Shown here in pieces: positions 47,565-59,470 of a DNA stretch of 64,000 bases (its first letter is position 1; each line of letters opens with the position of its first letter). This DNA is from Podarcis erhardii (taxonomy: Eukaryota), in the NCBI GenBank assembly GCA_964252035.1, contig OZ176212.1; one strand, given 5' to 3'. The notes under the pieces are model-generated. The model saw nothing but the letters and a program-made list of their open reading frames with translations, had not been told where the DNA came from and ran no database searches. The position numbers and the translations under genes are program-made.

Positions 47565-49095
47565 AAGGGACTGCAAAGAGCTCTAACTTATCCAAACTGA
47601 GTAAATGCGCAGTAAGATGGCAAATGCAATTCACCATAAAGAAGAGTAAAGTGATATATGTCAGAGAAGGGAGGAATTTTAATTTCACTTATGCATTCAT
47701 GGGGCCTGAAATGGCAGTGACTCACCAGGAATGAGACCTTGTAGTGAAACTGAATAACTTAATGAAGTTGACAACCCAGTGTGTGGAAGATATAAAAAAG
47801 TCAAATTCCAAGCTAGGGATCATTATTTTAAAAAATGAAAATAAAGGTGGAAGAGGACTGGAAGAAGTTCAAAGAATATCTCCAAAAACATTGTAAAATG
47901 TTTGAATGTTAAAATGATGTTGGATATAAAGACAATATGGCATCAGTGACATAGTAAAAAGAAATATGCAAAAATGTTTTAAGAAAAAAGGGTAAGACCA
48001 GAGTAAAATTATGTCGAAACTAAACAAATGATATAAGGGATTAAGTTATAAAGAACATGTGATAAATGGATTTAAAAGGAAAGGAAAACAGAAGACATAA
48101 TAGGTTGAAATGTATAATATTGAATAAGATTGGAAAGAGGGTAAGGAATTGCTGAACTTGATTGTGTAAAGGGGAATACAGAAAAGGGAGACGTGAGGAA
48201 GTCAGGAAAGAGGGTTATAAAGACAGTAAGCAAAAACCTAGATTTTTATTTTTTCTCTGTTCTTTGTTCTTTCTGATTATTTTTACTTTTTTTCGTTTTT
48301 GGATTGTGCTGTTTTTTATTGTCTTTCTCTTTTGTTTTGTCTGATTGTGATACTTGTTTTATTATGCAAAATCTTAATAAATATTTTATTTTAAAAAAAT
48401 GAAAATAAAACTGCTGCTCTACAAATATATGGTTTGATTGCATTGGAACAACGTGTAAGGTTCTGTTCATCACCTCTAAATGATACAGTATAGTAGGGAT
48501 AGGTTCTGGAAATGGAAACCAAATAAAATAAGGTGGTGGAGTGACTAAACCATGAGAAAAGGTTACAGCATTTGGGAGTTTTTAATTTAGAGAAAAGGTA
48601 ATTTAGAGAAAAGACCCAACAACATAAAAGTTTACAAAATTATGGATGCCATGGAGAAAGTGGGTAGAGACATTTTTCTCCCTCTATCATAAGGCTGTAA
48701 TTTATGGAAATCCAGTGAAGATGAATGTTGGAAGATTCATGACAGATAAAAGGAAGCACTTCTTCATGCAACACATATTCAAACTATGGAACTCGTTCCC
48801 ATGGGAGGCAGTGATGTCTACCAACTTGGACGGATTTAAAAGAGGATTGGACAACTTCAATGCGGATAAGGCTATCAATAGCTACTAACCGTGATGGCTA
48901 TGCTCCGCCTCTACAAGTAGGAGGCAGTATGCTCCTGGATACCAGTTCCTGGCAAGCTCAGAAAGGTAGAGTGCATTTGTGCTTGAACCCTGCTTGCAGG
49001 TTTCCCACAGGTATCTGTGTGGCCACAGTGAGAATAGGAAGCTGAAGTAGTTGGACGACTGGCTTGATCCAGCAGGTTCTTCTTATGTTTTCATG
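47565..49095 (+). mobile_element. Old CR1 3' part, split by a nested L1
   Basis: Degenerate ORF2 (...LGII...ENKTA...) and ...RFMTDKRKHFFMQHIFKLWNSFPWEAV...FKRGLDNF, followed by a long 3'UTR ending ...tcttcttatgttttcatg. Confidence 0.8.
47846..48394 (+). mobile_element. 5'-truncated L1 nested in CR1, with a 15-bp TSD
   Basis: EEDWKKFKEY is the ORF2 end, followed by a T-rich 3'UTR with AATAAA. AAAAATGAAAATAAA occurs at 47831-47845 and 48395-48409. Confidence 0.8.
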
Positions 49096-49373
49096 CTATG
49101 TTCACACTCTTTGTGTGAATGTTGCCCAAGTGGAAGTGCAGCCCTTGGCCTGATATATATTTGCTACCCCTGCTCTAGGGTGTGACACAAGAATGGTAAC
49201 TGAATAGATGAAAAAGAACTTACTGTTACATTATAAATGTAATCCACAGGTGCCCTGTGAGTGTAAACGCCATAACATGTATTATTAATATCTGTCTGAA
49301 GCTAGGTTTTTGCTACTTGTTATTAAGAATATATTATATTACTTTTATTTTGAAGGTCATTAACAGATACAAT

Positions 49374-50312
49374 ATGGTCTCAGAAAACCAAACTTCTGTG
49401 AATGAATTCATCCTCCTTGGTTTCTCTAATCCTCAAAGGCTTCAGACATTTCTTCTGGCACTCTTCCTATTGGCATACATCTTGGCCATATGTGGGAACA
49501 TCACAATTATCACCATTGTTCAGTTACATCAGAAGCTCCAAACTCCCATGTATTTATTCCTAAGCCATTTGTCTTTGATAGAAATTGGACACATGACAAA
49601 CACTATCCCCAAAATGTTGTTCGACTTCTTAAAAGACAGGAAAGTGATCAGCCTGGTTGGTTGCTTCACACAGCTTTACTTCAACCTCTTCCTGGGCCTG
49701 ACAGAGAACTTCCTGCTGGTGCTTATGGCTTATGACCGCTTCTTAGCCATCTGTAACCCTATGAACTATACCACAGTCATGAACAATAGAGTCTGTAAAT
49801 CTCTGATTCTTGGGTGTTGGGTGGGAGCTTTCCTTGCTCCCTTGCCCCCAACCATTCTTCTCGCTACGCTGGATTTCTGTGGGCCCAATATAATCAATCA
49901 TTTCTTCTGTGATCTCGCCCCAGTGCTGACTCTTCCGTGTAGGGGGAAATCATTCATTGAATTTTTCTTTTTCATGTCCATTTCTTCAATGGTTTTGGGT
50001 TGCTTTTGCTTGATTACGGTGTCTTATATCAACATCATTGTGACTATACTGCGGATGCCATCCAGTGGGGGGAGGCGTAAAGCCTTCTCCACTTGCACTG
50101 CCCATCTTAGTGTAGTATTAATATATTATGGCTCAGTCATCTATATGTATGTGAGGCCTTCAGCAAGGGATATCCGTAATACAGACAAAGTAGTGTCTGT
50201 CTTTTATTGTGTGGTGACACCATTTCTGAACCCTTTCATCTACACCTTGAGGAATACTCAGGTCCATGAAGCATTTAAAAGCATAATAGTAAAGAAGAGA
50301 ATATTCTATTAA
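49374..50312 (+). CDS. Olfactory receptor OR-7 (OR6/OR11-like), 312 aa
   Basis: Start MVSENQT follows acceptor taacag (49366). Motifs LQTPMY, MAYDRFLAIC, KAFSTCTAHL, PFLNPFIYTLRN. Confidence 0.95.
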   Translation: MVSENQTSVNEFILLGFSNPQRLQTFLLALFLLAYILAICGNITIITIVQLHQKLQTPMYLFLSHLSLIEIGHMTNTIPKMLFDFLKDRKVISLVGCFTQLYFNLFLGLTENFLLVLMAYDRFLAICNPMNYTTVMNNRVCKSLILGCWVGAFLAPLPPTILLATLDFCGPNIINHFFCDLAPVLTLPCRGKSFIEFFFFMSISSMVLGCFCLITVSYINIIVTILRMPSSGGRRKAFSTCTAHLSVVLIYYGSVIYMYVRPSARDIRNTDKVVSVFYCVVTPFLNPFIYTLRNTQVHEAFKSIIVKKRIFY

Positions 50313-50763
50313 GGTATGCTCAATTTTTAAAAACTTCTTTATTTAATGCCAGAAATACAAATTCTAATACAGATACTATGTGTTACTGAAATGCCATCAT
50401 TTCTTATTGCAACAAACTAAATACTTGAATATCATATAAATATATATGATATAGATTGTTGAAAAATTATGTTGTTTGTTTGAATATATTTTATTATTTT
50501 ACAAGAATGAATAAAACATAACCATTTTATTCCATCCCGGGAATCCTTCTTTTGTTTTAACAAAGTGTGCTAATTCCACCAAAAGAACATGAGACATTTC
50601 TAGATTCCAGAAATAATGAATCACAATAAAAGAATATTTCATTTATGTAAGCTAAAATAAATCAACATTATATTGATATTATACCTACATCAACCAGGCA
50701 AAGTACACAACTTAGTGAAATCCAAAATGCAGTGGGGAAAATTGCATTCTATGTAAAAAGAGT

Positions 50764-51065
50764 GTTGTTGTTGTTGTTTAGTCGTTTAGTTGTATCCAAC
50801 TCTTTGTGACCTCATGGACCAGAGCATGTCAGGCACTCCTGTCTTCCACTGCCTCCTGCAGTTTGTTCAAACTCATGTTCGTAGCTTTGAGAACACTCTC
50901 AAACCATCTCATCCTCTGTCGTCCCCTTCTCCTTGTGCCCTCAATCTTTCCCAACAACAGGGTCTTTTCAAGGGAGTCTTCTCTTCTCATGAAGTGGCAA
51001 AAGTATTGGCACCTCAGCTTTAGGATCTATTCTTCCAGTGAGCACTCAGGGCTGATTTCCTTCCG
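50764..51065 (-). mobile_element. BovB (RTE) LINE 3' end
   Basis: (GTT)n tail plus ...aaccatctcatcctctgtcgtccccttctcc...tcaatctttcccaac.. typical of BovB. Candidate TSD aaagagtgt / aaagaatgt. Confidence 0.85.
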
Positions 51066-51249
51066 AAAGAATGTATAAGGTTCAGAAAAATGAGTACAAT
51101 TTAAATACATACTTTTTGTACATTCTTTCAAAAATACCCAAGCAAAATGGGTTGGGATAGAACTATGATTGGGCACTGAAATTGGACAGAATTAGGGTTC
51201 TCAGTATTTCCTTAATAACAAGAATAACAAGCCAAGAGAGACAAAGAAA

Positions 51250-51305
51250 AATCCATTATGTGAATCACAATGGGTGGATGTTTCATAAATTGGCTCCCAT
51301 GAGAC
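51250..51305 (+). promoter_or_regulatory. Candidate OR promoter/enhancer for OR-8
   Basis: CCATTATG and CATAAATTGG-C-TCCCATGAG, homologous to 46110-46155. Confidence 0.5.
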
Positions 51306-53461
51306 AATTGTGGCTCTGCATGGAAATATAGAGATTTTTTTTTAAAAAAAAATACTGCTGGGAGAAAGCACAACATGCATTCCAGTAGGAAAACACCATG
51401 TACAAAATAAGGACATCATAAAACAATCACCTTATTCATTTTTTAAGAGTGCTTTAAGTAGATTGCCAAACAATGCTGATGGACTTTAGACTATTTATAC
51501 TCCTTCCACCTTTCTTCAAGTGGGAAATAGTTGTTTTCATTTTATACTTAACAATATTTAGCAATTTATTGAGTTCAGCTTCTATTTTTCTTTGTATGCA
51601 ATATTTTCTGGTCTTGAAAGGAATTAAATGCACCGTCAGATATCTGCCATAGTTACAAGGTTTGTGTGTGCTCAGATCATTCATCTGGTATCTGAGAAAC
51701 ATGTAAAGATGATCCTCCTGTAGTTTTGGTTTTAGGGGGATCCAGTAGATAGGATTGATTTCAACATCTTTTAAGTATTATTTTAGTTCAGAGTGAGAAG
51801 AAAAATAGGTAAGAGTTGAAAATATGTAGCAAGAGGCCACTTTCTATAATTTCTCATAATATCAAGGACCTTAAAAGGATATGAGCAATGATATGTATGG
51901 TCTGTGAATGGTCTGGACCAGTAGAGGGTACTTGCAGATCTTTCTGTTTGAGTGAAGAACTATAGGAAAGTTACACTTTTGGAGTCATCAGCACCATGAC
52001 TAAGCAATGCTTGATGTCTCTAGTTGATTGCTCCAAAATTGATTTTAAGCTTTTTGAGCTGTTTCTGCTGCTTTTTCCATTGTGTTGCCATACATTACCC
52101 CCGATGCTATTTTTACACCTGAAGACCAGGACATGTCAGGAATTTTCCTGATGTATGGCAAGCCTACATGGAAGTCTTTTGATGTTCTGCTCAAATAGGC
52201 AAAGGCAAAGATAGGCAAGGGCCATTCTAGAGTGGTAGAGTATATGCTTTGGATGCAGAGATCCTTGGGTTCAATGTGGCTCGTCTAGTCTAGCATCCTG
52301 TTCTCACAGTGGAAGAAGACCTGAGCACAACAACAATCTCCCTTCCTATGGTTTTCAGCAACTGGTATTGAGAAGCATACTGCCTCTGACATAAAAGCTT
52401 CATGTTCCCAAACCCTTTATGTTGAAAATAGGTTCCAGAGTTGAATGTTGGTCATTACTCAAAGAATCTCCAAGGTTATTGCCATAATCAAAAGGCATGG
52501 AATAATGCACCATTAGTTCTTCTATGTCTCAGCAGACTGTGGCTTCTGGCTTAGGTGATAGAGATAGGGCAATGTTATCAGACAGCAAATTGTCAGTTAC
52601 TTAATTCTGTATTTCATTACCTTCCTTATTATATTATTTTCACTATTTCACATTTCAGGCTCAGGCACCAAAATGTGCTAGTCTGGACAGTGATGATTTC
52701 AAGGGGACTGCTTGTAGATGTGTAGATGAAGTAATCCACCCTATTGTTTGTAGGCTAGATTACTTCACAGAGGGCTAACTGAAACACAACAATCATACTA
52801 CCTAGTGTTGTAATGTAAAACTTGGGTCACCCATACTTGCACCTGCCAAGGAGCTGCTTTTCGTTTATATGATTCCACAGCCCTATAAGCTCTTACAGTC
52901 ACCATCATGCTGTGAGGTCACTGATTCAGCAATGTAACCCCACATAACCTGCCCTGCTCCATATATGTAGCTGCATAATCCTCAAGTAGCTTTGAACCAT
53001 TTGTGATTGTACCATCCAGCTATGGGGGAACTATATGTTGAAATGAAAGTTTATAAAGTGTGATTGTTGGATATGAACCATATTATTTTAGTGTATCTCA
53101 CTTACTTGTTTTTGCAGGTTGATGTGCAGCAGTTAGCAGATCAAACTCTTCGCAGCTTGGATACAATACCCTTTAGCATCCAATAACAATCAAACTGCTG
53201 AATCAAACTGCTGTTAAAAGTTTGGGTGCTAGATTTGGGGGGGGGGTTATCAGGAGGGTATCAATTTTAAGTGATGTTTTTCTTCCATCACAGAGTGAGA
53301 CAGACCTAGCAAAAAAGGGTGGAAACCCTGGGTGAACTCTCTCGGAAGTGTTAACACTGCCAAGAGGAATAACTGTGAGTGCTTAAGTGATCAAACTTAT
53401 CTCTTATACACACCTAATTTTTTCTTTCTTTTTTCTTTTTAATGTCTTAACAGATAGAGGT

Positions 53462-54394
53462 ATGATTTTAGAAAACCAAACTTCTGTGAATGAATTCATC
53501 CTCCTTGGTTTCTCTAATCCTCAAAGGCTCCAGAAATTTCTCCTGTCACTCTTCCTTTTGGCATACGTCTTAACCATAAGTGGGAATGTCACAATTATGA
53601 CCATAGTCCAGCTTCATCAGCAACTCCAAACTCCCATGTATTTATTCCTAAGCCATTTGTCTTTGATAGAAATTGGACACATGACAAACACTATCCCCAA
53701 AATGTTGTTCGACTTCTTAAAAGACAGGAAAGTGATCAGCCTGGTTGGTTGCTTCACACAGCTTTACTTCAACCTCTTCCTGGGCCTGACAGAGAACTTC
53801 CTGCTGGTGCTTATGGCTTATGACCGCTTCTTAGCCATCTGTAACCCTATGAACTATACCACAGTCATGAACAATAGAGTCTGTAAATCTCTGATTCTTG
53901 GGTGTTGGGTGGGAGCTTTCCTTGCTCCCTTGCCCCCAACCATTGTTCTTGCCAGGCTGAATTTCTGTGGGCCCAATATAATTAACCATTTCTTCTGTGA
54001 TCTTGCCCCAGTGCTGATTCTTCCTTGTGGGAAAAAGTCATTCATTGAATTTTTCTTCTTTGTGTTCACTTCTTCAATGGTTTTGGGTTGCTTTTTCTTA
54101 ATAATAGTATCTTATGTCAACATCATTGTGGCTATATTGAAGATGCCATCCAGTGGAGGAAGGCACAAAGCCTTCTCCACTTGCACTGCCCATCTTAGTG
54201 TAGTATTAATATATTATGGCTCAGTCATCTATATGTATGTGAGGCCTTCAGTGAAGGACATTCGTGATTCGGACAAAGTAGTGTCTGTCTTTTATTGTGT
54301 GGTGACACCATTTCTGAACCCTTTCATCTACAGCCTGAGGAACACCAAGGTCCATGAAGCATTCAAAAGCTTAATAGTAAGGAGGAGAATTTGA
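53462..54394 (+). CDS. Olfactory receptor OR-8, paralogue of OR-7, 310 aa
   Basis: Start MILENQT follows acceptor ttaacag. All OR motifs are intact. Confidence 0.95.
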   Translation: MILENQTSVNEFILLGFSNPQRLQKFLLSLFLLAYVLTISGNVTIMTIVQLHQQLQTPMYLFLSHLSLIEIGHMTNTIPKMLFDFLKDRKVISLVGCFTQLYFNLFLGLTENFLLVLMAYDRFLAICNPMNYTTVMNNRVCKSLILGCWVGAFLAPLPPTIVLARLNFCGPNIINHFFCDLAPVLILPCGKKSFIEFFFFVFTSSMVLGCFFLIIVSYVNIIVAILKMPSSGGRHKAFSTCTAHLSVVLIYYGSVIYMYVRPSVKDIRDSDKVVSVFYCVVTPFLNPFIYSLRNTKVHEAFKSLIVRRRI

Positions 54395-54552
54395 TATTAG
54401 ACTCCAAACTCAAGGTACAATGGAAAAAATACAGAGTTTACTCTTTCTATGCCTACCTCCCTAAATGGTATCCTTTGTTAAGCCATAAACCCAAGAATTC
54501 AGTTTTATTTTGGGCCAAAACCAAAGCTTGCCATCCATTCACTTTCTACATA

Positions 54553-54908
54553 CAGTGGTGCCTCGCAAGACGAAAAGAATCCGTTCCGCGATTCTCTTTG
54601 TCTAGCGGTTTTTTCGTCTTGCGAAGCAAGCCCATTGACAGCTTAGCGGATTAGCGCTATTAGCGGTCTAGCGGCTTTTAGCGATCAGCTGAGAGGCGGC
54701 TTATCAGCGGAACAGCTGATAAGTGGCTTAGTGGCTTAGGAAAGGGGGGGGAGCGGGGAAAAAAAACCGTGGGAACTCGCAAGATTTTTTCATCTTGCGA
54801 AGCAACCCCATAGAGAAATTCGTTTAGCGAAGTGCCTCCAAAACGGAAAACCCTTTCGTCTAGCGGGTTTTCCGTCTTGCGAGGCGTTCGTCTTGCAGGG
54901 CACCACTG
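54553..54908. mobile_element. Tc1/mariner-pogo (Tigger-like) MITE
   Basis: TIRs CAGTGGTGCCTCGCAAGACGAA and TTCGTCTTGCAGGGCACCACTG, with a TA duplicated on both sides. Confidence 0.9.
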
Positions 54909-55139
54909 TATCCTTTACCAAATAGTGTTACCCTACATGTTGCTTACCAGTGTTCCTAACTGCAGAAAAGAAAGTAACTTGCAGAATGTTGAAAAACATG
55001 TTGCCTTCCAGATGCTGCAGGACTAGCACATCTGTCATCCTTGACCATTAGTTATGCTGGTTGGGGCTAATGGAGGCTAGTGTTCAACAATATTTGGACA
55101 ACCACAGGTTCCCTGTCTCTGAACCAAGTCACAACTAAA

Positions 55140-55140
<1 letters not shown>

Positions 55141-55181
<41 letters not shown>
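55141..55181. repeat. (GTT)n microsatellite
   Basis: Direct reading of the sequence. Confidence 0.95.
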
Positions 55182-55183
<2 letters not shown>

Positions 55184-55748
55184 TTAAATAGATCTTAATA
55201 TAGACTGCAATTCTCTACAATTTACTAGGGAGTAAGCCCCACAGAACAGCATTAAACATATTTGTAGACTGTTTGTTTTTTTGTTTTTTAAAAAACACCT
55301 TATTTATAGATAAGTGTTCTAAGAAAACCTGTAAATGTTTGAGTGTTGCATCTGTATATGAGTTGAAGACTGAATAAATATTCTGTCAGTAGATTTCCCT
55401 TTGATTATTAAATTACAGTAATTAACATTGGTTATCTTACACATTATTAGAAATTTGCTCTTCATATATAGGCACATGCGCTTAATGTTAAGAGTTACTG
55501 CTAAATTTCAAGTTCCAGAAACTCAACCCACCCTACCCCTCAAAAAAATTTCAAAGCAAAGTTGAGGTTTTGTCTTCAAAGCAAAACTTTCAAAAGATTT
55601 CAAGGGAACCCCAGTTTGTTAAAATTACCTATAAATTGTGTGTCATTCTACAAACCTATACATTGTGGGGAAAATTCATAAACACACACAGACACACAAT
55701 TCAGAGCAAAGTTGGTGGTACCTTTTCCTTTGAAATATCAAACATATT

Positions 55749-55808
55749 TCATAGAATCATAGAGTCATAGAGTTGGAAGAGACCACAAGGGCCATTGAGT
55801 CCAACCCC
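55749..55808 (-). mobile_element. CR1 3' tip
   Basis: Reverse complement of the CR1 terminus seen at 10350-10409. Confidence 0.85.
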
Positions 55809-56723
55809 AAGATTTCACAAGAAGGTATAACAGACAGAGCTATTTCTCAAGGGTGTTTAGTACACTCTTCCTTTATACGACACTATAGCAGAAAACAGCA
55901 TGTTCTCTATGTGACTCATGTTGCAAAATACCTAAGAAAAATAAGGATCTCTTTAGAAACCCAGTGCCCATAATGCATTTTTTATTGAACAAGGTGATGG
56001 GTTCCTCTGTTTTCATAATGGGGTTGCACCCAATTAAATTCTACTCAGAGGCATATTGAAATGACCTAACATTGTCATGTTTATTCATTTCAATGGGCCT
56101 ACTCTGAATCCTTAAGCTTTAAAGTATTTACCAAAACATGTGGTTTTGCTGCTTGAGAGTCTTGCTGTACTGATTGATTTTATTATCTGGTGCTGTATTT
56201 GTATTCCATACAGTTTTAGATTGTAGTGTAACATTTTTATTGCAAGCATGGGTCTGTCCTGAGAGGCAATGGAGTGCACCCCCCAGTTTGAAGTCAAACT
56301 GCTCTGTGTTAGCAGCAGCAAAGTGACCTCCCTGGGGCACAAGCCTGGGTAGTGTGTATGGAGGGCTGCCCAGATGACAAGACAGCCCCACCTCCACATC
56401 TCACTGATATGGTCCAAAGGAAAGCAGAGCAATATTTTTGGCACCAGTAGTTGCCAGAAAGAGCTGTACAAGGCACTATCCAGCCGTCTTAGGGACTCAT
56501 TTCTGGATTTGTGTAGGGACAGTTTCAACTGCTGTTAATAAATCAATAATAAAATCAGCACCAGTATGCATTTGTAAATACCCATAAACACATGAACATG
56601 GCGTTAGAAATTTACTTTATAAGGCTATGCAATTCCTGGCTTTTCTCACAGATAACCTTGCAGAAATTCTAAATGTAAATGCAAAGTAAAATATAACAAC
56701 AAAACAAGTACATGAGATCATCC

Positions 56724-57698
56724 TTAACAACAACTAAAGCCAATGGACTTCCTTTCTCTACTTGGCAAGCTATGTAAACATTTCCTATTGACTAGTTTCT
56801 GCAAGGCATCCTTGAAATCTTTGTTCCTCAGACTGTAGATGACAGGGTTGAGAAGTGGTGTTAGCACAGTGTAGAAAATGGAGACCACCTTATTCAGCTC
56901 TGATGAAAGACTAGCACTGGGTCGAACATACATGGAGATCATGGTGCCATAATATATCACCACCACAGCTAAGTGTGAGCCACAGGTGGAGAAAGTCTTT
57001 TTTCTTCCAGAAACAGAGGGGATTTTCAGGATAGTCTTGATGATAAATGCATAGGACACCAAGGTAAGCAAGAAACATGTGAAAAGAACCAATATAGACA
57101 GCACAAAAATGCTCATTTCGGTGGTGGAAGTGTCAGAACAGGAGAGCTTCAGCAGAGGTGGGATGTCACAGAAGAAATGATTGATTTGGTTAGATCTGCA
57201 GAAATGCAGCCTAGAGATCAGCAATGAAGGTAGCAACCCTGTGAAGAGACCAATCACCCAAGACCCTATTGCCAAGCGGGTGCAGAACTGTGTGTTCATG
57301 GCTTCTGCATAATGCAGTGGGTCACAGATTGCAAGGTACCGATCATACGCCATCACAGATAATAGGAAGCACTCCGTTGCACCAAAGAAGACAAAAAAGT
57401 ACAGCTGTGCCATGCATCCAATGAAGGATATGCTCTTGTTCTCCATGAGGAGGCTACTGAGCATCTTGGGCACAATGGTGGTGGTGTACCAGATCTCTAG
57501 GAAGGAGAGGTTTTGGAGGAAAGAGTACATAGGGGAATGAAGATATGACTCTAGCTTGACGACTGAAATAATAACCACATTGCCTGTGATGGTTAGGAGG
57601 TAGATAAGTAAGAACATGGTGAAGAGTAGGGTCTGCCACCCTGGAAGACTCTGGAACCCCAGAAGTTGAAATTCAGACACAGAGCTGCCATTCTTCAT
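56724..57698 (-). CDS. Olfactory receptor OR-9 (OR11/OR6-like), 324 aa
   Basis: Start MKNGSSVSEF follows acceptor tacctgcag. Motifs LHSPMY, LSFLEIWYTT, MAYDRYLAIC, KTFSTCGSHL, PLLNPVIYSLRN. Confidence 0.95.
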   Translation of the reverse strand: MKNGSSVSEFQLLGFQSLPGWQTLLFTMFLLIYLLTITGNVVIISVVKLESYLHSPMYSFLQNLSFLEIWYTTTIVPKMLSSLLMENKSISFIGCMAQLYFFVFFGATECFLLSVMAYDRYLAICDPLHYAEAMNTQFCTRLAIGSWVIGLFTGLLPSLLISRLHFCRSNQINHFFCDIPPLLKLSCSDTSTTEMSIFVLSILVLFTCFLLTLVSYAFIIKTILKIPSVSGRKKTFSTCGSHLAVVVIYYGTMISMYVRPSASLSSELNKVVSIFYTVLTPLLNPVIYSLRNKDFKDALQKLVNRKCLHSLPSRERKSIGFSCC

Positions 57699-59344
57699 TT
57701 GCTTTGCTGATCTTGAGCTCCCCTGCAGGTATGCCTCAGTCACAAAATGCACCATGAAAAAGAATTTAGGTTACTCAATCACCTTCCTAGAAAGACCACA
57801 GAATAACATGAGTAATAGCAGTAATAGCAGCAGGAGTGGTAAATAAAGATATTATGTTGCACCCTAGGTCAGTACAAGTACACTAAGTACACAGATTTGA
57901 ACAAGTAGACCAGATCTCTCATCAATGATTCTGTTCCCAACAGTAGTCAATCAAATTCCTCTAAAAAGTTTGGAGACATGGCATGTCCCTAACACCTGCT
58001 GCTCAGGATGCTCCATTTAGCCAGGGGTGGGGGACTTGTGACCCTCTATATATCATTGGAATACAAGTCTCATGACCCCTGTCCATTGGCCATACTATTC
58101 ATGACTGTTGAGAGTTGGAGTCCAATCCAGGTGGACAGCCTCCTCACCTCCTCATTTAGTTATCATGGATAATATCAATCTAAAAAAGTTATTTTCCATG
58201 AATTCGACTAATTCTTTTCTGAAGCTACCTAAGGTAATGGCCATTAACACAGCTTGTAGTAGTTAATATCATGTTATTTGTTTCAAGTGAAATAGTCCTT
58301 TCTTTTGTCTCCACTTAATATGAAAAAAGGAACATAACATTGCTTAATGCTATTTAAGAAAGACTCAGGAAGGGGAGAGTTATCCCATACAAAAACAATT
58401 ATTATCATTCTCCGAAGTTATGGTTATGAAGCTAGCAAACAGTGATTGACCATAGTGAAGTTAACATTCAAGGAGTGCATAATCAATCTACATGTACACA
58501 ATAGTTCAGCTGTTCAAATCAACAAATGTCCATTCATTTTACACCAAGAGATGTACATGTGTAGAGACAGTTTGCACCTTTCTTCAGCGTAATGTGTCAA
58601 CAGGTGTCATATCACCTTCTTATGGGAAGTCATCTGTATAAAATCTGTGACAACTGTGTGACATGAGCAACAGGTACAATCAAAACTCATATTTTGCATG
58701 AATTTGTAAAATTACATTTTCCCCTATATATTTGCTATTTTCACAGATATAACGTCTTCCTACCATAATGTCTGAATAATGATAATGATAATGAAAATAT
58801 TTAATCATGGGTTTTCCCAAGGCAGTGTACCTAATGGTATCCTTTTTATGCATTGCACACTAAGCCAAAGCATGCATTAACTCACAGCAGCATGGCAGCA
58901 GCAGGACTCTTAAAGAAGCATTGAAATTGAGATCCCCCCCCCAGTAACCCATATAATTGTCCATTTGTTCTAAGAGGCAATGCGGTACATCTCATCAGCC
59001 CCACCCAACATGGCCAATGTTCAGGGATGATGGGAACTGTAGTCAGGCAATATATGGAGGGCACTATATTGACTATCCTTGTGTTAAGCCATGGTTTGAC
59101 TTAGCTTTAAGTCTGAACTGAACTATTGTGTAATTCAGGCAATCACAAGACAAAGAGTTCTTGAGCTTGAGCAAGATTACTGCTTCGAGTGCCCTCAGAT
59201 AATTTCCTGTGACCCAAATAAGCCCCATTACATTACATTACTGGAGAAAAACGGTAGAAGCCTCCCTCTCTCCTCCCTCCCCAAGCCAAAATAAGGTCAC
59301 CTGTATGAAAAGGTGTGTGAAGAGTTCAAGAATTCAGCTCAGGC

Positions 59345-59470
59345 ATGTCTAAAGTTTGTCAGTAGACTTTGAGACTCTTCATCTCAAGGCTGTGGGTTCA
59401 AGCCCATTCCTGCCTTGCAGGAGGTTGGACTAGCTGACCCCTGTGGTGCCTTCCAACTCTATGATGCTAT
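59345..59470 (+). mobile_element. SINE with a tRNA-like head and CR1-like tail (degraded)
   Basis: B-box-like gggttcaagccc followed by ...ggaggttggactag...ttccaactctatgatgctatga. Confidence 0.5.
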
